From NCBI GenBank assembly GCA_050259615.1, contig JBLNAZ010000056.1, forward strand, positions 1,589-65,588: a DNA stretch of 64,000 nucleotides, given 5' to 3'. The notes below the pieces were generated by a model. The model had not been told where the DNA came from and did no database searches. It saw only the letters and a program-made list of their open reading frames with translations. Shown here piece by piece: positions 19,388-29,743 of the stretch. Both the position numbers and the translations under genes were made by a program. Numbering within the stretch: the first letter of the stretch is position 1; the number at the start of each line of letters is the position of its first letter. This DNA comes from Syntrophomonadaceae bacterium (GTDB lineage Bacteria > Bacteroidota > Ignavibacteria > Ignavibacteriales > SURF-24).

Positions 19388-20371
19388 TCAGGGTCTTATT
19401 GTAAAATTATATAATGCAGATATACTATTTGGTTCACTGCTGGCGCTGGAATAAGTAATTATACGCCAGTAATACACAGTATTGGTGTTTAACTGAACGC
19501 CGTCAATTTTCACCTGAATTGTGTCATTTGTCTTATTGCTGGAAAAACTCCTGCTCCAGATTTCACCGAAATACAGGTTTGACTGCAGGACTATTCTGTA
19601 GTTTGCCGGAGCAGATATGGCCTTGATAACAAAATTGTTAAAGTAATCAATCCGGCTTCCGTTATTTGGAAAAACAGCTTCTGCAAGCCCAAGTATCATG
19701 TCTGAAACTTCATTGCCGGGAGTGCTCTTAAGTCCGCCTTTATCCAGCGCAATTACCTTATAGTAATAAGTAACATAAGGCTTCAGGTTATGTGTATCCA
19801 GGAAAGTTAAACCTTGGGCAGTGCCGACAAGGTTATCGATGCCTGGAGTGAAACCCGGAGATTCGCTCCTGTATACCTCATAACCGGAAATGTCGCCTTC
19901 AGTATTTGGATCCCATTTCAGGAATACGGAAAGTGAATCCAGCCAGTTGCGGGCATTAACCTCAAGAGAATTAACTTCCCTCGGGGCGTTAAGGTTTACA
20001 GGCCGTGCCCTGACGAAGTATGTCTGCCTGCTTTCCTTGCCATTATCATCAACAGCCGACACCTTATAGTAGTAAGTAGTGTCGTAAGAAAGCGAGTCGT
20101 CATAAAAGTATGAGTCGGAAGTAAAGAATATTTTCTTAAACGACACGGAATCATTAACTCCTCTGTAGACATAATAGCCTTTAAGTGCAGGTTCGGCATT
20201 AGGCTTCCAGTCAATAAGGACGCTCCCGTCGTGTGAGGCAACTACCTGAAGCCCTGCAGGCACAGCAGGGGGAAGTCCTGTATCGGGCTCGTTTACGGCA
20301 GCATCCCTTTGGCAGCCGTAAATAAATAATATCATGAATAAAAAGGCGCAGGCCTTAAATTTCAATAACAT
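19388..20371 (-). CDS. Lipoprotein with two fibronectin type III-like domains
   Basis: The lipobox is FIYGC. There are two FN3-like units: PPAVPAGL.V....GSVLIDW.....P.LKGYYVYR...YYYKVSAVDDNGKES, and ...FLKWDPNTEGDISGYEVYRSE...YYYKVIALDKGGLKS. The start overlaps the upstream gene by 17 nt. Confidence 0.6.
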   Translation of the reverse strand: MLLKFKACAFLFMILFIYGCQRDAAVNEPDTGLPPAVPAGLQVVASHDGSVLIDWKPNAEPALKGYYVYRGVNDSVSFKKIFFTSDSYFYDDSLSYDTTYYYKVSAVDDNGKESRQTYFVRARPVNLNAPREVNSLEVNARNWLDSLSVFLKWDPNTEGDISGYEVYRSESPGFTPGIDNLVGTAQGLTFLDTHNLKPYVTYYYKVIALDKGGLKSTPGNEVSDMILGLAEAVFPNNGSRIDYFNNFVIKAISAPANYRIVLQSNLYFGEIWSRSFSSNKTNDTIQVKIDGVQLNTNTVYYWRIITYSSASSEPNSISALYNFTIRP

Positions 20372-21752
20372 CTCCTTTTTCCGGAATAGTTATATTGTCG
20401 TAGCCAATTGATCTTAAGCGGGAGCAGAACTTCTCCTGCTGGTCAAAGTCACCGTGAACCAGAAACACATTCTGAACCCTGTCTTTATCAAACTGGTTGA
20501 AGTAACTTAAGAGTTCATTTGAATCGGCATGAGCACTTAAGGAGTTCATAACAACAACTTCGGCGTTAAGATTGTATTCTTCTCCAAAGATCTTGATGAC
20601 CGGTTCTCTTTCAACTATTTTACGGCCCAGTGTATTTTCTGCTGAGTAACCTACAATCAATATAATATTATTTTTATTCTCAACGTTATTTGCCAGGTGG
20701 TGGAGTATTCTTCCGGCTTCAGCCATTCCTGAGCTTGCCATAATCATGCACGGCCCCTCAACATAATTAAGAGCCTTTGAATCCTCAACGTCCTTAATAT
20801 AAGTAAGCTTATTAAAACCGAATGGATCCTTGTTCTGTATAAGATATTGGGAAATTTCAAAATCAAAGCACTCACTGTGCAGACGGAATATATCTGTAGC
20901 ATTTACAGAAAGCGGGCTGTCCACATAAATAGGAATTCTCTCAGCCATTCCCTTTTCAAAAATATTATTGAGCCAGTAGACCATCTCCTGTGTGCGTCCC
21001 ACGCTGAAAGAGGGCACGATGATCTTGGCCTTTCTTGCAATAGCTTTATTAATTACCTCTGCCAGCTTCTTTTCAGTTTCCCCGGCACTGTCGTGGTATC
21101 TTCCGCCGTAAGTTGACTCGGAAATAATATAGTCTGCGTCGGGCATTTTCTCCGGGTCTCTCAGTATAGGAAGATTTGTCCTTCCGAGGTCACCTGTATA
21201 GCCCAGGTTAACTATTCTTCCGTTCTCATTTATTACAAGGAACGATATGGCAGATCCCAGTATGTGTCCGGCCTCAAAGAAGGTAAGTTTAATTTCAGGC
21301 GTAAGCTGGAATTCCCTGTGGTAGTTTATCCCCACGAATCTTTTCATGGTTTCTTCAGCGTCTGCCATGGAATATAGAGGCGTAAAAGGATTCTGACCTT
21401 TCTTTTTGCGTTTTTTATTGACGTACTCAACGTCTTTCTGCTGAATAAAGGCGCTGTCACGCAGCATAACTGAAGCCAGGTCGCGTGTTGCAAAGGTGGA
21501 ATAAATATTCCCCTTAAAGCCTGACTTTACAAGGTTCGGGAGGTTTCCAGCGTGGTCTATATGTGCGTGGGAAAGTATAACAAAATCAATTTCCGCAGGA
21601 TCGAACAGTTCGAAGTTCTTGTTTATTTCATAGGCGAGTTTTCTTTTGCCCTGATACAAACCGCAATCCAGAAGAAATGAGGTTTCGTTAACCTTTAAAA
21701 AATGCATAGAGCCAGTAACTGTACGGGCAGCTCCGATGAATCTGATCTGCAT
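20355..21752 (-). CDS. MBL-fold beta-CASP family hydrolase (CPSF73/RNase J-like RNA-processing nuclease)
   Basis: The MBL motif is ILSHAHIDHAGNLP, followed by AGHILGSA and ESTYG. The beta-CASP and C-terminal motifs are ...SFSVGRTQE..., LSAHAD and VFLVHGD. Confidence 0.8.
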   Translation of the reverse strand: MQIRFIGAARTVTGSMHFLKVNETSFLLDCGLYQGKRKLAYEINKNFELFDPAEIDFVILSHAHIDHAGNLPNLVKSGFKGNIYSTFATRDLASVMLRDSAFIQQKDVEYVNKKRKKKGQNPFTPLYSMADAEETMKRFVGINYHREFQLTPEIKLTFFEAGHILGSAISFLVINENGRIVNLGYTGDLGRTNLPILRDPEKMPDADYIISESTYGGRYHDSAGETEKKLAEVINKAIARKAKIIVPSFSVGRTQEMVYWLNNIFEKGMAERIPIYVDSPLSVNATDIFRLHSECFDFEISQYLIQNKDPFGFNKLTYIKDVEDSKALNYVEGPCMIMASSGMAEAGRILHHLANNVENKNNIILIVGYSAENTLGRKIVEREPVIKIFGEEYNLNAEVVVMNSLSAHADSNELLSYFNQFDKDRVQNVFLVHGDFDQQEKFCSRLRSIGYDNITIPEKGDVIEI

Positions 21753-21942
21753 AGTTATCCTATTTTAGGTTTTAATCTATCCAAAGTTAATAAGAGATTC
21801 AATGCAGTGACAAGGAAAATTTTCTCAATTCCAGCCGGTTAATGCATAAACAGAACCTGACGCTGTTAAAGCAGCAGAATTTGCATTATTCTTGAATATA
21901 AATATATTATCTGAAAGACAAGTGTAATAACAGGGATGAGAA

Positions 21943-22932
21943 ATGATGAAATTCTTTCATTCAAAAGAGCCGGGACGAGAGTTCACCCGGGGAAAGTTTG
22001 TAAGTTTTATAGCGGGGGCAGCGCTGGCAATTGTGGCAATATATCTGTTCAGCAATTTTTCTCTGGATAAAAAGTCCTATGGCTTTAACACAGCCGTTCA
22101 GGAGTATCCGCAAAAGTACCAGATTATTTCGCCTGTGCTGCCGGAAAGAATGGACTTCTGCGGTGAGGCGGTTCCGCTTAACAATCTATTTGTAAGGGAA
22201 AGGTTTGATCGTGAACTGATAGTGAATACTTACTATCATTCTGCAACACTCCTTGGAATTAAGCGTGCAAACAGGTGGTTCCCGGTAATAGAACCGATAT
22301 TGAAGAAAAACGGTGTTCCTGATGATTTCAAATATCTTGTTGTAATAGAAAGCAATTTTGAACATCTGGTCTCCCCGGCAGGCGCCGTGGGATTCTGGCA
22401 GTTTACACAGGGGGCAGCCGAACGCTACGGCCTTCAGGTTGACAGCGAAGTCGACGAGCGCTACAATGTTGAAAAGTCTACCCAGGCAGCCTGCGAGTTT
22501 CTGAAATATGCATATAACCAGTTCCACAGCTGGACTCTTACGGCAGCATCCTACAACATGGGTCTGACAGGAATTTCCAAGCAGCAGGAAAGGCAGAAAG
22601 TAAAAAACTATTATAACCTCCTTTTAGGGGAGGAGACCTCGCGCTACATAGCCAGAATACTTGCCGTAAAGGCAATTTTTTCTAATCCCGCAGAGTACGG
22701 ATATCTTATAAAAAAAGAGGACCTTTATCCTGCCCTGAACTTTGAAGAGTTAAAGATTACCTCCGACATTTCGAATCTTGCGGATTATGCGTTGCTGCAC
22801 GGAATAAATTACAAGCTGCTTAAAATCTTTAACCCGTGGCTAAGGGACAACACTCTGACGGTAAGGGGTGGACGACAGTATGTAATTAAAATTCCCAAAG
22901 AAGGCAGCGTCGAAACAATCAGTGAAGGATAA
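21943..22932 (+). CDS. Lytic transglycosylase (SLT domain, MltD-like)
   Basis: After an N-terminal TM segment, the SLT catalytic region reads VVIESNFEHLVSPAGAVGFWQF...A.RYGL and ...AASYNMG. The C-terminal part is LysM-like. Confidence 0.75.
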   Translation: MMKFFHSKEPGREFTRGKFVSFIAGAALAIVAIYLFSNFSLDKKSYGFNTAVQEYPQKYQIISPVLPERMDFCGEAVPLNNLFVRERFDRELIVNTYYHSATLLGIKRANRWFPVIEPILKKNGVPDDFKYLVVIESNFEHLVSPAGAVGFWQFTQGAAERYGLQVDSEVDERYNVEKSTQAACEFLKYAYNQFHSWTLTAASYNMGLTGISKQQERQKVKNYYNLLLGEETSRYIARILAVKAIFSNPAEYGYLIKKEDLYPALNFEELKITSDISNLADYALLHGINYKLLKIFNPWLRDNTLTVRGGRQYVIKIPKEGSVETISEG

Positions 22933-22984
22933 TTTATCTGCTGGTAATTCTATTAATGCAGGGCTTAAAGGCATGGCTATTAAT

Positions 22985-23013
22985 GCGGGACACACTAGTC
23001 CCGCTTTCTTTTT
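22985..23013 (+). terminator. Rho-independent terminator after the lytic transglycosylase gene
   Basis: The stem is gcgggac/gtcccgc (7 bp, 6-nt loop), followed by tttcttttt. Confidence 0.65.
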
Positions 23014-23076
23014 ATCCCCGTTCTTTCAGATCTGTGGTTTGCCTTTTCTATAGCGCTTCTCTAAAATTTGACGTAA

Positions 23077-24285
<1,209 letters not shown>

Positions 24286-24588
24286 GTGAATTTATTATTA
24301 GCAATGGCTCCTCAGGGCGCCCAGGGCGGCGGAAGCATGATCTCTACACTCATTATGTTCGGTGCTATATTTGCAATTTTCTATTTCATGATCATCAGAC
24401 CGCAGCAGAAAAGGGCTAAGGAAAGAGAGCAGCTCCTGGCTAATCTTCAGAAAGGCGATAAGATCGTAACCTCGGGCGGTATTCATGGAACCATTGAAGG
24501 TCTGGAAGAAAAGACCTGCCTGGTAAAGATAGGCGAAAACGTAAAAATTAAAATTGAACGTTCTGCAATTGCTACAATATTAAAATAA
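24286..24588 (+). CDS. yajC: Preprotein translocase subunit YajC
   Basis: The 100-aa product has one TM segment followed by IIRPQQKRAKE....L..L.KGDKIVT.GGIHG.I. It starts at GTG directly after the tgt stop. Confidence 0.85.
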   Translation: MNLLLAMAPQGAQGGGSMISTLIMFGAIFAIFYFMIIRPQQKRAKEREQLLANLQKGDKIVTSGGIHGTIEGLEEKTCLVKIGENVKIKIERSAIATILK

Positions 24589-24634
24589 TTTGAACGCTCA
24601 GTGAAAAAAACGGTTAGATAGAAAAGGAAATAAA

Positions 24635-25849
24635 ATGTTCTGTTCAGTGGAAGAGGCCATTGAGGAAATCAATAATGGCAAAGTAATAATCGTTGTGGAT
24701 GATGAGGAAAGAGAGAACGAAGGGGACCTGGTCTGCGCAGCAGAATTCATTACGCCTGAGATCGTAAATTTCATGGCAAAGCACGGCAGGGGAATGATCT
24801 GTGCCCCGATGACAGGCAAAAGACTAGACGAGCTTGGACTGCAGCTGATGGTGGATTCTAATACTGCGCTTCACGGCACTCAGTTTACCGTTACGGTTGA
24901 TGCCGTTGAGGGTACAACTACCGGAATCTCTGCAAGCGACAGGTCTGTTACGATCAGGAAACTGACCGACGATACTGCCAAATCTACAGATTTTGCAAGG
25001 CCCGGGCATATATTCCCCTTAAGGGCTTTTGACGAGGGCGTCTTAAGGCGCGCCGGTCACACTGAGGCTGTTGTAGACCTGTGCAGGCTTGCCGGCATCA
25101 AGCCCGTTGGTGTGCTCTGTGAGATACTGAATGATGACGGCACAATGGCCCGTGTACCCGACCTAGAAAAGTATGCCGCCGAGTTTAATCTGAAGATCAT
25201 GACCGTAAGCGACTTGATTAAATACCGCATACAGAAAGATAAACTGGTTCAGAAGGAAGCTGACGTCAAGTTCCCGGTTAAAAAGGGGAACTTCCATCTT
25301 CACGTATACAGAAGCCTCCTGGACAATAAAGAGCACGTGGCCCTGGTCAAAGGGAAAATTGATCCTGAGAAACCGGTTTTAGTGCGTGTGCATTCTGAAT
25401 GCCTGACGGGGGATGTGTTCCAGTCGCTAAGGTGCGACTGTCACGACCAGCTTCACGCTGCAATTGAAAAAATTGAAGCCGAAGGCAACGGTGTTCTTGT
25501 CTATATGAGGCAGGAAGGACGCGGCATCGGCCTGGCAAACAAGATCAGGGCTTATGTCCTTCAGGATAACGGCCGAGATACTGTGGAAGCCAACGAAGAG
25601 CTCGGCTTTAAGGCTGACCTGAGGGATTACGGAATCGGTGCACAGATACTTCTGGATCTGGGTGTCAGAAAAATGAAACTTCTGACCAATAATCCAAAGA
25701 AGATCATCGGCTTAAAAGGCTACGGCCTCGAAATTGTGGAGAGGGTCCCTCTGGAAATTGTTCCGAATGACAAAAACAAAAAATATCTTATGACCAAGCG
25801 CGATAAGCTTGGACATTTGATACTGCTGAACGACAAGCAGTTTTGTTAA
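24635..25849 (+). CDS. ribBA: Bifunctional 3,4-dihydroxy-2-butanone-4-phosphate synthase / GTP cyclohydrolase II
   Basis: The DHBP synthase half reads [25 protein letters not shown] and GHIFPL. The GCH II half reads [18 protein letters not shown] and [13 protein letters not shown]. Confidence 0.92.
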   Translation: MFCSVEEAIEEINNGKVIIVVDDEERENEGDLVCAAEFITPEIVNFMAKHGRGMICAPMTGKRLDELGLQLMVDSNTALHGTQFTVTVDAVEGTTTGISASDRSVTIRKLTDDTAKSTDFARPGHIFPLRAFDEGVLRRAGHTEAVVDLCRLAGIKPVGVLCEILNDDGTMARVPDLEKYAAEFNLKIMTVSDLIKYRIQKDKLVQKEADVKFPVKKGNFHLHVYRSLLDNKEHVALVKGKIDPEKPVLVRVHSECLTGDVFQSLRCDCHDQLHAAIEKIEAEGNGVLVYMRQEGRGIGLANKIRAYVLQDNGRDTVEANEELGFKADLRDYGIGAQILLDLGVRKMKLLTNNPKKIIGLKGYGLEIVERVPLEIVPNDKNKKYLMTKRDKLGHLILLNDKQFC

Positions 25850-25863
25850 AAACCTTTATTTGA

Positions 25864-25893
25864 AGAGACTTAATTTATAAGTCTCTTTTTTTT
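25864..25893 (+). terminator. Rho-independent terminator after ribBA
   Basis: The stem is agagactta/taagtctct (9 bp, 5-nt loop), followed by a T7 run. Confidence 0.7.
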
Positions 25894-25928
25894 ATCAAAA
25901 TATCATTATTAACAACTATTGGAGAGAG

Positions 25929-26819
25929 ATGAAAGAGTTAGGGATTGAAAAAAACTTTCTGGCTGTGGAAAAGAAAAATTCTTCATACAAAAATTCTTCA
26001 ATTGCAATTGTATCGGCTCCTTTTGAAAAAACCGTCAGCTACGGCCATGGAACAAAAAACGGCCCGAAGGGAATTCTGGAAGCATCTCATTACGTTGAGT
26101 TTTATGACGAGGAGATGGACAAGGAGCTGATTTTTGAAAAGGGGATCTGTACCTTATCTCCTCTGGACTTTAAAGACCTGAGCATAAAGAAATCTTTTGA
26201 TTTAATATACAAGAACGTTAAATCTGTTCTTGAAGACGATAAATTTGTTGTTACACTGGGAGGCGAGCATTCAATCTCCATTTCACCCATAAAGGCTCAT
26301 CTTGAAAAGTATCCGGATCTGACCATTCTTCAGTTCGACGCCCACTCAGACTTAAGGCAGAGCTATGAAGGCTCAATTCATTCACATGCCTCTGTTATGG
26401 CAAGAGTGGCAGAACTGACAAAAAATATTGTGCAGGTCGGCATCAGGGCCCAGTCGATTGAGGAATCCTGGTTTATAAAGGAAAATAATATTAAGACATT
26501 CTATGCCAGGGATATACGCCTTGGAAAATTCGGGCAGGACTGGCAGAAAAGTGTAGTTGAGCAGCTTGGTAAAAACGTATACATAACATTTGACGTGGAT
26601 GCCTTTGATCCGTCGTTCATGTCATCTACCGGCACTCCGGAGCCCGGAGGCCTGTTCTGGGATGAAACGATGAATCTTATACGCATGGCTGGAAAAGAAA
26701 GAAACATCGTAGGATTTGATGTTGTGGAACTGGCTCCTGTAAAGGGGAATACTTCTTCCGACTTTAATGCTGCAAAGCTTGTCTACAAGATGCTGAATTA
26801 TTCCTTCCAGAATAAATAA
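25929..26819 (+). CDS. speB: Agmatinase (ureohydrolase/arginase family)
   Basis: The Mn-binding motifs GGEHSIS, QFDAHSDLR and ITFDVDAFDPS are present. The length and layout fit agmatinase better than arginase, but that sub-assignment is inferred. Confidence 0.72.
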   Translation: MKELGIEKNFLAVEKKNSSYKNSSIAIVSAPFEKTVSYGHGTKNGPKGILEASHYVEFYDEEMDKELIFEKGICTLSPLDFKDLSIKKSFDLIYKNVKSVLEDDKFVVTLGGEHSISISPIKAHLEKYPDLTILQFDAHSDLRQSYEGSIHSHASVMARVAELTKNIVQVGIRAQSIEESWFIKENNIKTFYARDIRLGKFGQDWQKSVVEQLGKNVYITFDVDAFDPSFMSSTGTPEPGGLFWDETMNLIRMAGKERNIVGFDVVELAPVKGNTSSDFNAAKLVYKMLNYSFQNK

Positions 26820-26831
26820 TTAAATGCGTTC

Positions 26832-26864
26832 AGAGGGGCGGAATATCTATTCTGCCTCTTTTTT
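26832..26864 (+). terminator. Rho-independent terminator after the agmatinase gene
   Basis: agagg..cggaat pairs with attctg.cctct (5 + 6 bp with a 2-nt bulge and a 4-nt loop), followed by a T-run. Confidence 0.6.
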
Positions 26865-27009
26865 CTTCTTAATCTCCAGGCCTGGTTTTTTAGCCCGCAA
26901 TCCTTCTTCCGGAAAAACTTCTCATCCCGATCGGCTGGTTATTCTAAAATAGATAGCTTCTTTGAAAAAGTTTGTCTAACTTTCATCAAGATTAGCTTCG
27001 GGGGTACAC

Positions 27010-28071
27010 ATGAGAGCTTTAATCAGATTCTTTCCTCTTGTAATTGCTCTTTGCTTTTTAATTGAGTCCTGCTCCTCTTCCGGTACAAATAAAAGGGAAC
27101 AAGCAAATGCTGAAAACGACGGGCGTTATGATTCCGAGTTTCCGAATAAAAACTGCTCAAAGCAGCTTGAAGAGATAAGTGAGAGTATTAAGCTTATTAA
27201 CTCTGTGGCATACTACAGGACGATTTATTTCAGCAAGGAGAGCCATCTGCAGAAGTCCGCGTTAAACAGCGTTTCCATAAAAAAATACGGAACGCGCGTG
27301 GAATATATGGATAATACAGCATCCGGTACTGCTACGGTAATCTATTCTAATTTTAACCGCGTAGCAGTTATGACCTGTGCGCACGTGGTTAACTTCGAGG
27401 ATACGCTTTATTCTTTCTTCAAGGCTCCCGGGGGCGGCGCAAGCAGTTTCGTGCAGAGCATTTCAATAAAAGAAAGGCAGGCAAATTATATTGCAGACTT
27501 CCCGGATGACGGTGAGCTCGATATCATAAATATTGATTCTAATGTGGATGTTGCCATTCTGGGAATGGAATTCAGGCATCAGCCTGAGGAAAAAATAAAA
27601 GTTTTTTCATACCCATTAGGACAGGCTAAAGACCTTGAATGGGGCTCTTTTGTGTATATCTTCGGTTATCCGATGGGTTATAAAACTTTAACAAAAGCTA
27701 TCGTCAGCAGCCCCAACCGCGATAAGACGGGAAGTTTTATTATTGATGCCGTATTTAACAGGGGTTTTTCAGGCGGAATTATTCTTGCCGTAAGAGACGG
27801 CATTCCGAACTTCGAGCTTGTAGGAATGATCAAAGCCCTCTTTGCAGATTATGAGTATGTGGTCAGACCTTCGAAAGATTATGATCTGGACCAGTACGAC
27901 CCTCTTGTGCCATATAATAAGGATCTTTATGTTGAAAGGCGTATGAATATAAAATACGGCCTTTCCAAAGCCATACCCATTGAGTCGATAAAAAAATATT
28001 TTACCGATCATGAGTCCCTTTTTTACAGCCGCGGCTATAATTTTAATGATTTTGTTAATAAAAATCTGTAA
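27010..28071 (+). CDS. Trypsin-like (S1/S1C-type) serine protease lipoprotein
   Basis: The signal/lipobox is LCFLIESC. The putative triad contexts are MTCAHVV (His), DVAILGM (Asp) and NRGFSGGIIL (Ser). Confidence 0.6.
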   Translation: MRALIRFFPLVIALCFLIESCSSSGTNKREQANAENDGRYDSEFPNKNCSKQLEEISESIKLINSVAYYRTIYFSKESHLQKSALNSVSIKKYGTRVEYMDNTASGTATVIYSNFNRVAVMTCAHVVNFEDTLYSFFKAPGGGASSFVQSISIKERQANYIADFPDDGELDIINIDSNVDVAILGMEFRHQPEEKIKVFSYPLGQAKDLEWGSFVYIFGYPMGYKTLTKAIVSSPNRDKTGSFIIDAVFNRGFSGGIILAVRDGIPNFELVGMIKALFADYEYVVRPSKDYDLDQYDPLVPYNKDLYVERRMNIKYGLSKAIPIESIKKYFTDHESLFYSRGYNFNDFVNKNL

Positions 28072-28295
28072 TAATAAAAAATCAAAAAAAACATCCTTAA
28101 TATATTACAATTCCCTCTGAAAGCCATTATTAAACAAGGGTAAAGCATAAATAGCATTACCATTTGTAGCTTCCACATTTTGTACGTTTTTAAGCTTTAA
28201 TAAAGCTTTTCCCTTATTAAAATACTTATCCGGCATTTCACCTTTTCCACGTGCTGAGGCTTTTGTGTCATCTGCAAAAAAAAACTAAAAAAAAC

Positions 28296-28327
28296 TTGAC
28301 TTTGCCGATAAATTTCAGTTATTTTTG
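28296..28327 (+). promoter_or_regulatory. dcw cluster promoter candidate (Pmra-like)
   Basis: TTGACT (28296-28301) is followed by an 18-nt spacer and then TATTTT (28320-25). The same -10 region also reads TATTTTTG, matching the Bacteroidetes-type TAnnTTTG -7 box. Confidence 0.4.
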
Positions 28328-28332
28328 CCTTC

Positions 28333-28369
28333 AGTGGGTAAAGGTGTGGAAAAATCCCAAAAAGTGGGG
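28333..28369 (+). promoter_or_regulatory. Putative MraZ operator: GTGGG-type boxes in 10-bp register
   Basis: GTGGG at 28334, GTGTGG at 28344 and GTGGGG at 28364 have starts 10 and 30 bp apart. TCCCA (inverse TGGGA) lies near the 28354 slot. The boxes sit between the candidate -10 and the mraZ ATG. Confidence 0.4.
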
Positions 28370-28373
28370 AAAA

Positions 28374-28820
28374 ATGTTTATAGGAAGCTTTACATATTCA
28401 ATCGATTCAAAAAGTAGAGTCAGCATTCCTGCCAAGCTGCGTAAGTACGTAAAGCCGGAAGCTAACGATACTTTTGTTATGACAAGGGGTGTGGAGCAGT
28501 GTATTGTGGTCTACCCCCTTGACCAGTGGAAAGAGCTGGTGGATAACAAGCTCGCCAACCTAAATGAATTTGACAGAAAAGAAGCGATGTTCTTAAGGAC
28601 ATTTCTCCAGAGGGCCTCTGAGGATTCGCTTGACTCACAGTCAAGGCTTTTGATTCCCCAGAACCTTATTGAGTATGCAGGTATTGAAAAGGAAGTATTT
28701 ATACTTGGTGCAATAAAGAAGATTGAGATCTGGAACCCGGCTATTTACGAAAAATATCTTGCTGCGCAGCCGGAGAGTTTCGAACAGATCGCACAGGAAG
28801 TAATGAAACCACAGGGGTGA
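28374..28820 (+). CDS. mraZ: Transcriptional regulator MraZ
   Basis: MFIGSFTYSIDSKSRVSIPAKLRKY... followed by ...LDSQSRLLIPQNLIEYAGI... gives the two SpoVT/AbrB-like MraZ repeats. The start is at Met42 of the track ORF. Confidence 0.9.
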   Translation: MFIGSFTYSIDSKSRVSIPAKLRKYVKPEANDTFVMTRGVEQCIVVYPLDQWKELVDNKLANLNEFDRKEAMFLRTFLQRASEDSLDSQSRLLIPQNLIEYAGIEKEVFILGAIKKIEIWNPAIYEKYLAAQPESFEQIAQEVMKPQG

Positions 28821-29743
28821 TGGAAGAAAAACATATTCCGGTATTACTAAAAGAAAGCCTGTACCATCTTATTACAGATAAACAGGGTGCCTACTTCGAT
28901 GGAACTATAGGCTTTGGCGGCCACACATCGAAATTTCTTGAAGTACTGGGCCCGGAAGCAAAGATGATTGCAACAGAAGTGGATAAGGATGCATACAATT
29001 TTTCCAAAGCCAAATTTCAGACGGATAAAAGAGTAAAATTATATAATACAAATTTTTCTGAAATCGATACTGTCTCAAAAATAGAGTTTGTTGAGCAGTA
29101 CGATGGAATCTTTGCTGATCTGGGTGTTTCCTCATTTCAGCTCGATAATCCGGAGTCGGGATTTACTTACAGAAGTGAAAGCCCGCTGGATCTCAGATTA
29201 GACAAGACTAAACAGATCTCGGCCTCTGATATTATTAATGGGTTTACAGAGGAGGAGATTGCCGACATATTGTATCAGTTCGGCGAGGAAAAAAATTCCA
29301 GAAGAATTGCCCGCAGGATAGCAGAACAAAGGGCCTTCAGGAAGATTGAAACCACAACCGAGTTAAGCAGGATAATTGAAGAGCTGACACCGGCTCAGTA
29401 TCTGAACAAAACTCTTTCGCGTGTTTTTCAGGCTTTACGAATATACGTTAATGATGAGTTGGGAGTTTTAAGAGAGTTCCTGATAAAATCTGTGGAGCTG
29501 TTAAGGACAGGAGGAACCGTAGTGATTTTAACCTATCACTCCTTAGAAGACAGGGTGGTAAAAGACTTTTTTAAGAATGAAAGTTTATCCTGTATCTGTC
29601 CGCCCGGTTTTCCCATATGTGTATGCGATAAGGTAAAAAGACTTGAAGTACTAACCAGAAAGCCTGTCGCCCCTTCAACTGAAGAAGTAGAAATAAACAG
29701 AAGATCACGAAGCGCAAAATTAAGAGCAGCAAGAAAGGTATGA
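28820..29743 (+). CDS. rsmH: 16S rRNA (cytosine1402-N4)-methyltransferase
   Basis: Motifs present are HIPVLLKE, DGTIGFGGH, DLGVSS.Q and SLEDR.VK. ATG 28820 overlaps the mraZ stop (TGATG); a GTG at 28817 is an alternative start. Confidence 0.92.
   Translation: MEEKHIPVLLKESLYHLITDKQGAYFDGTIGFGGHTSKFLEVLGPEAKMIATEVDKDAYNFSKAKFQTDKRVKLYNTNFSEIDTVSKIEFVEQYDGIFADLGVSSFQLDNPESGFTYRSESPLDLRLDKTKQISASDIINGFTEEEIADILYQFGEEKNSRRIARRIAEQRAFRKIETTTELSRIIEELTPAQYLNKTLSRVFQALRIYVNDELGVLREFLIKSVELLRTGGTVVILTYHSLEDRVVKDFFKNESLSCICPPGFPICVCDKVKRLEVLTRKPVAPSTEEVEINRRSRSAKLRAARKV

Noticed and set aside
22948-22992. A short direct repeat, ctattaatgcaggg / ctattaatgcggga, after the lytic transglycosylase gene.
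   Set aside because: It is only about 12 nt and imperfect. The second copy is simply the 5' arm of the terminator hairpin.
24589-24634. I looked for an FMN (RFN) riboswitch upstream of ribBA.
   Set aside because: Only 46 nt separate yajC and ribBA, which is too short for the roughly 140-nt RFN element. No conserved RFN core was seen.
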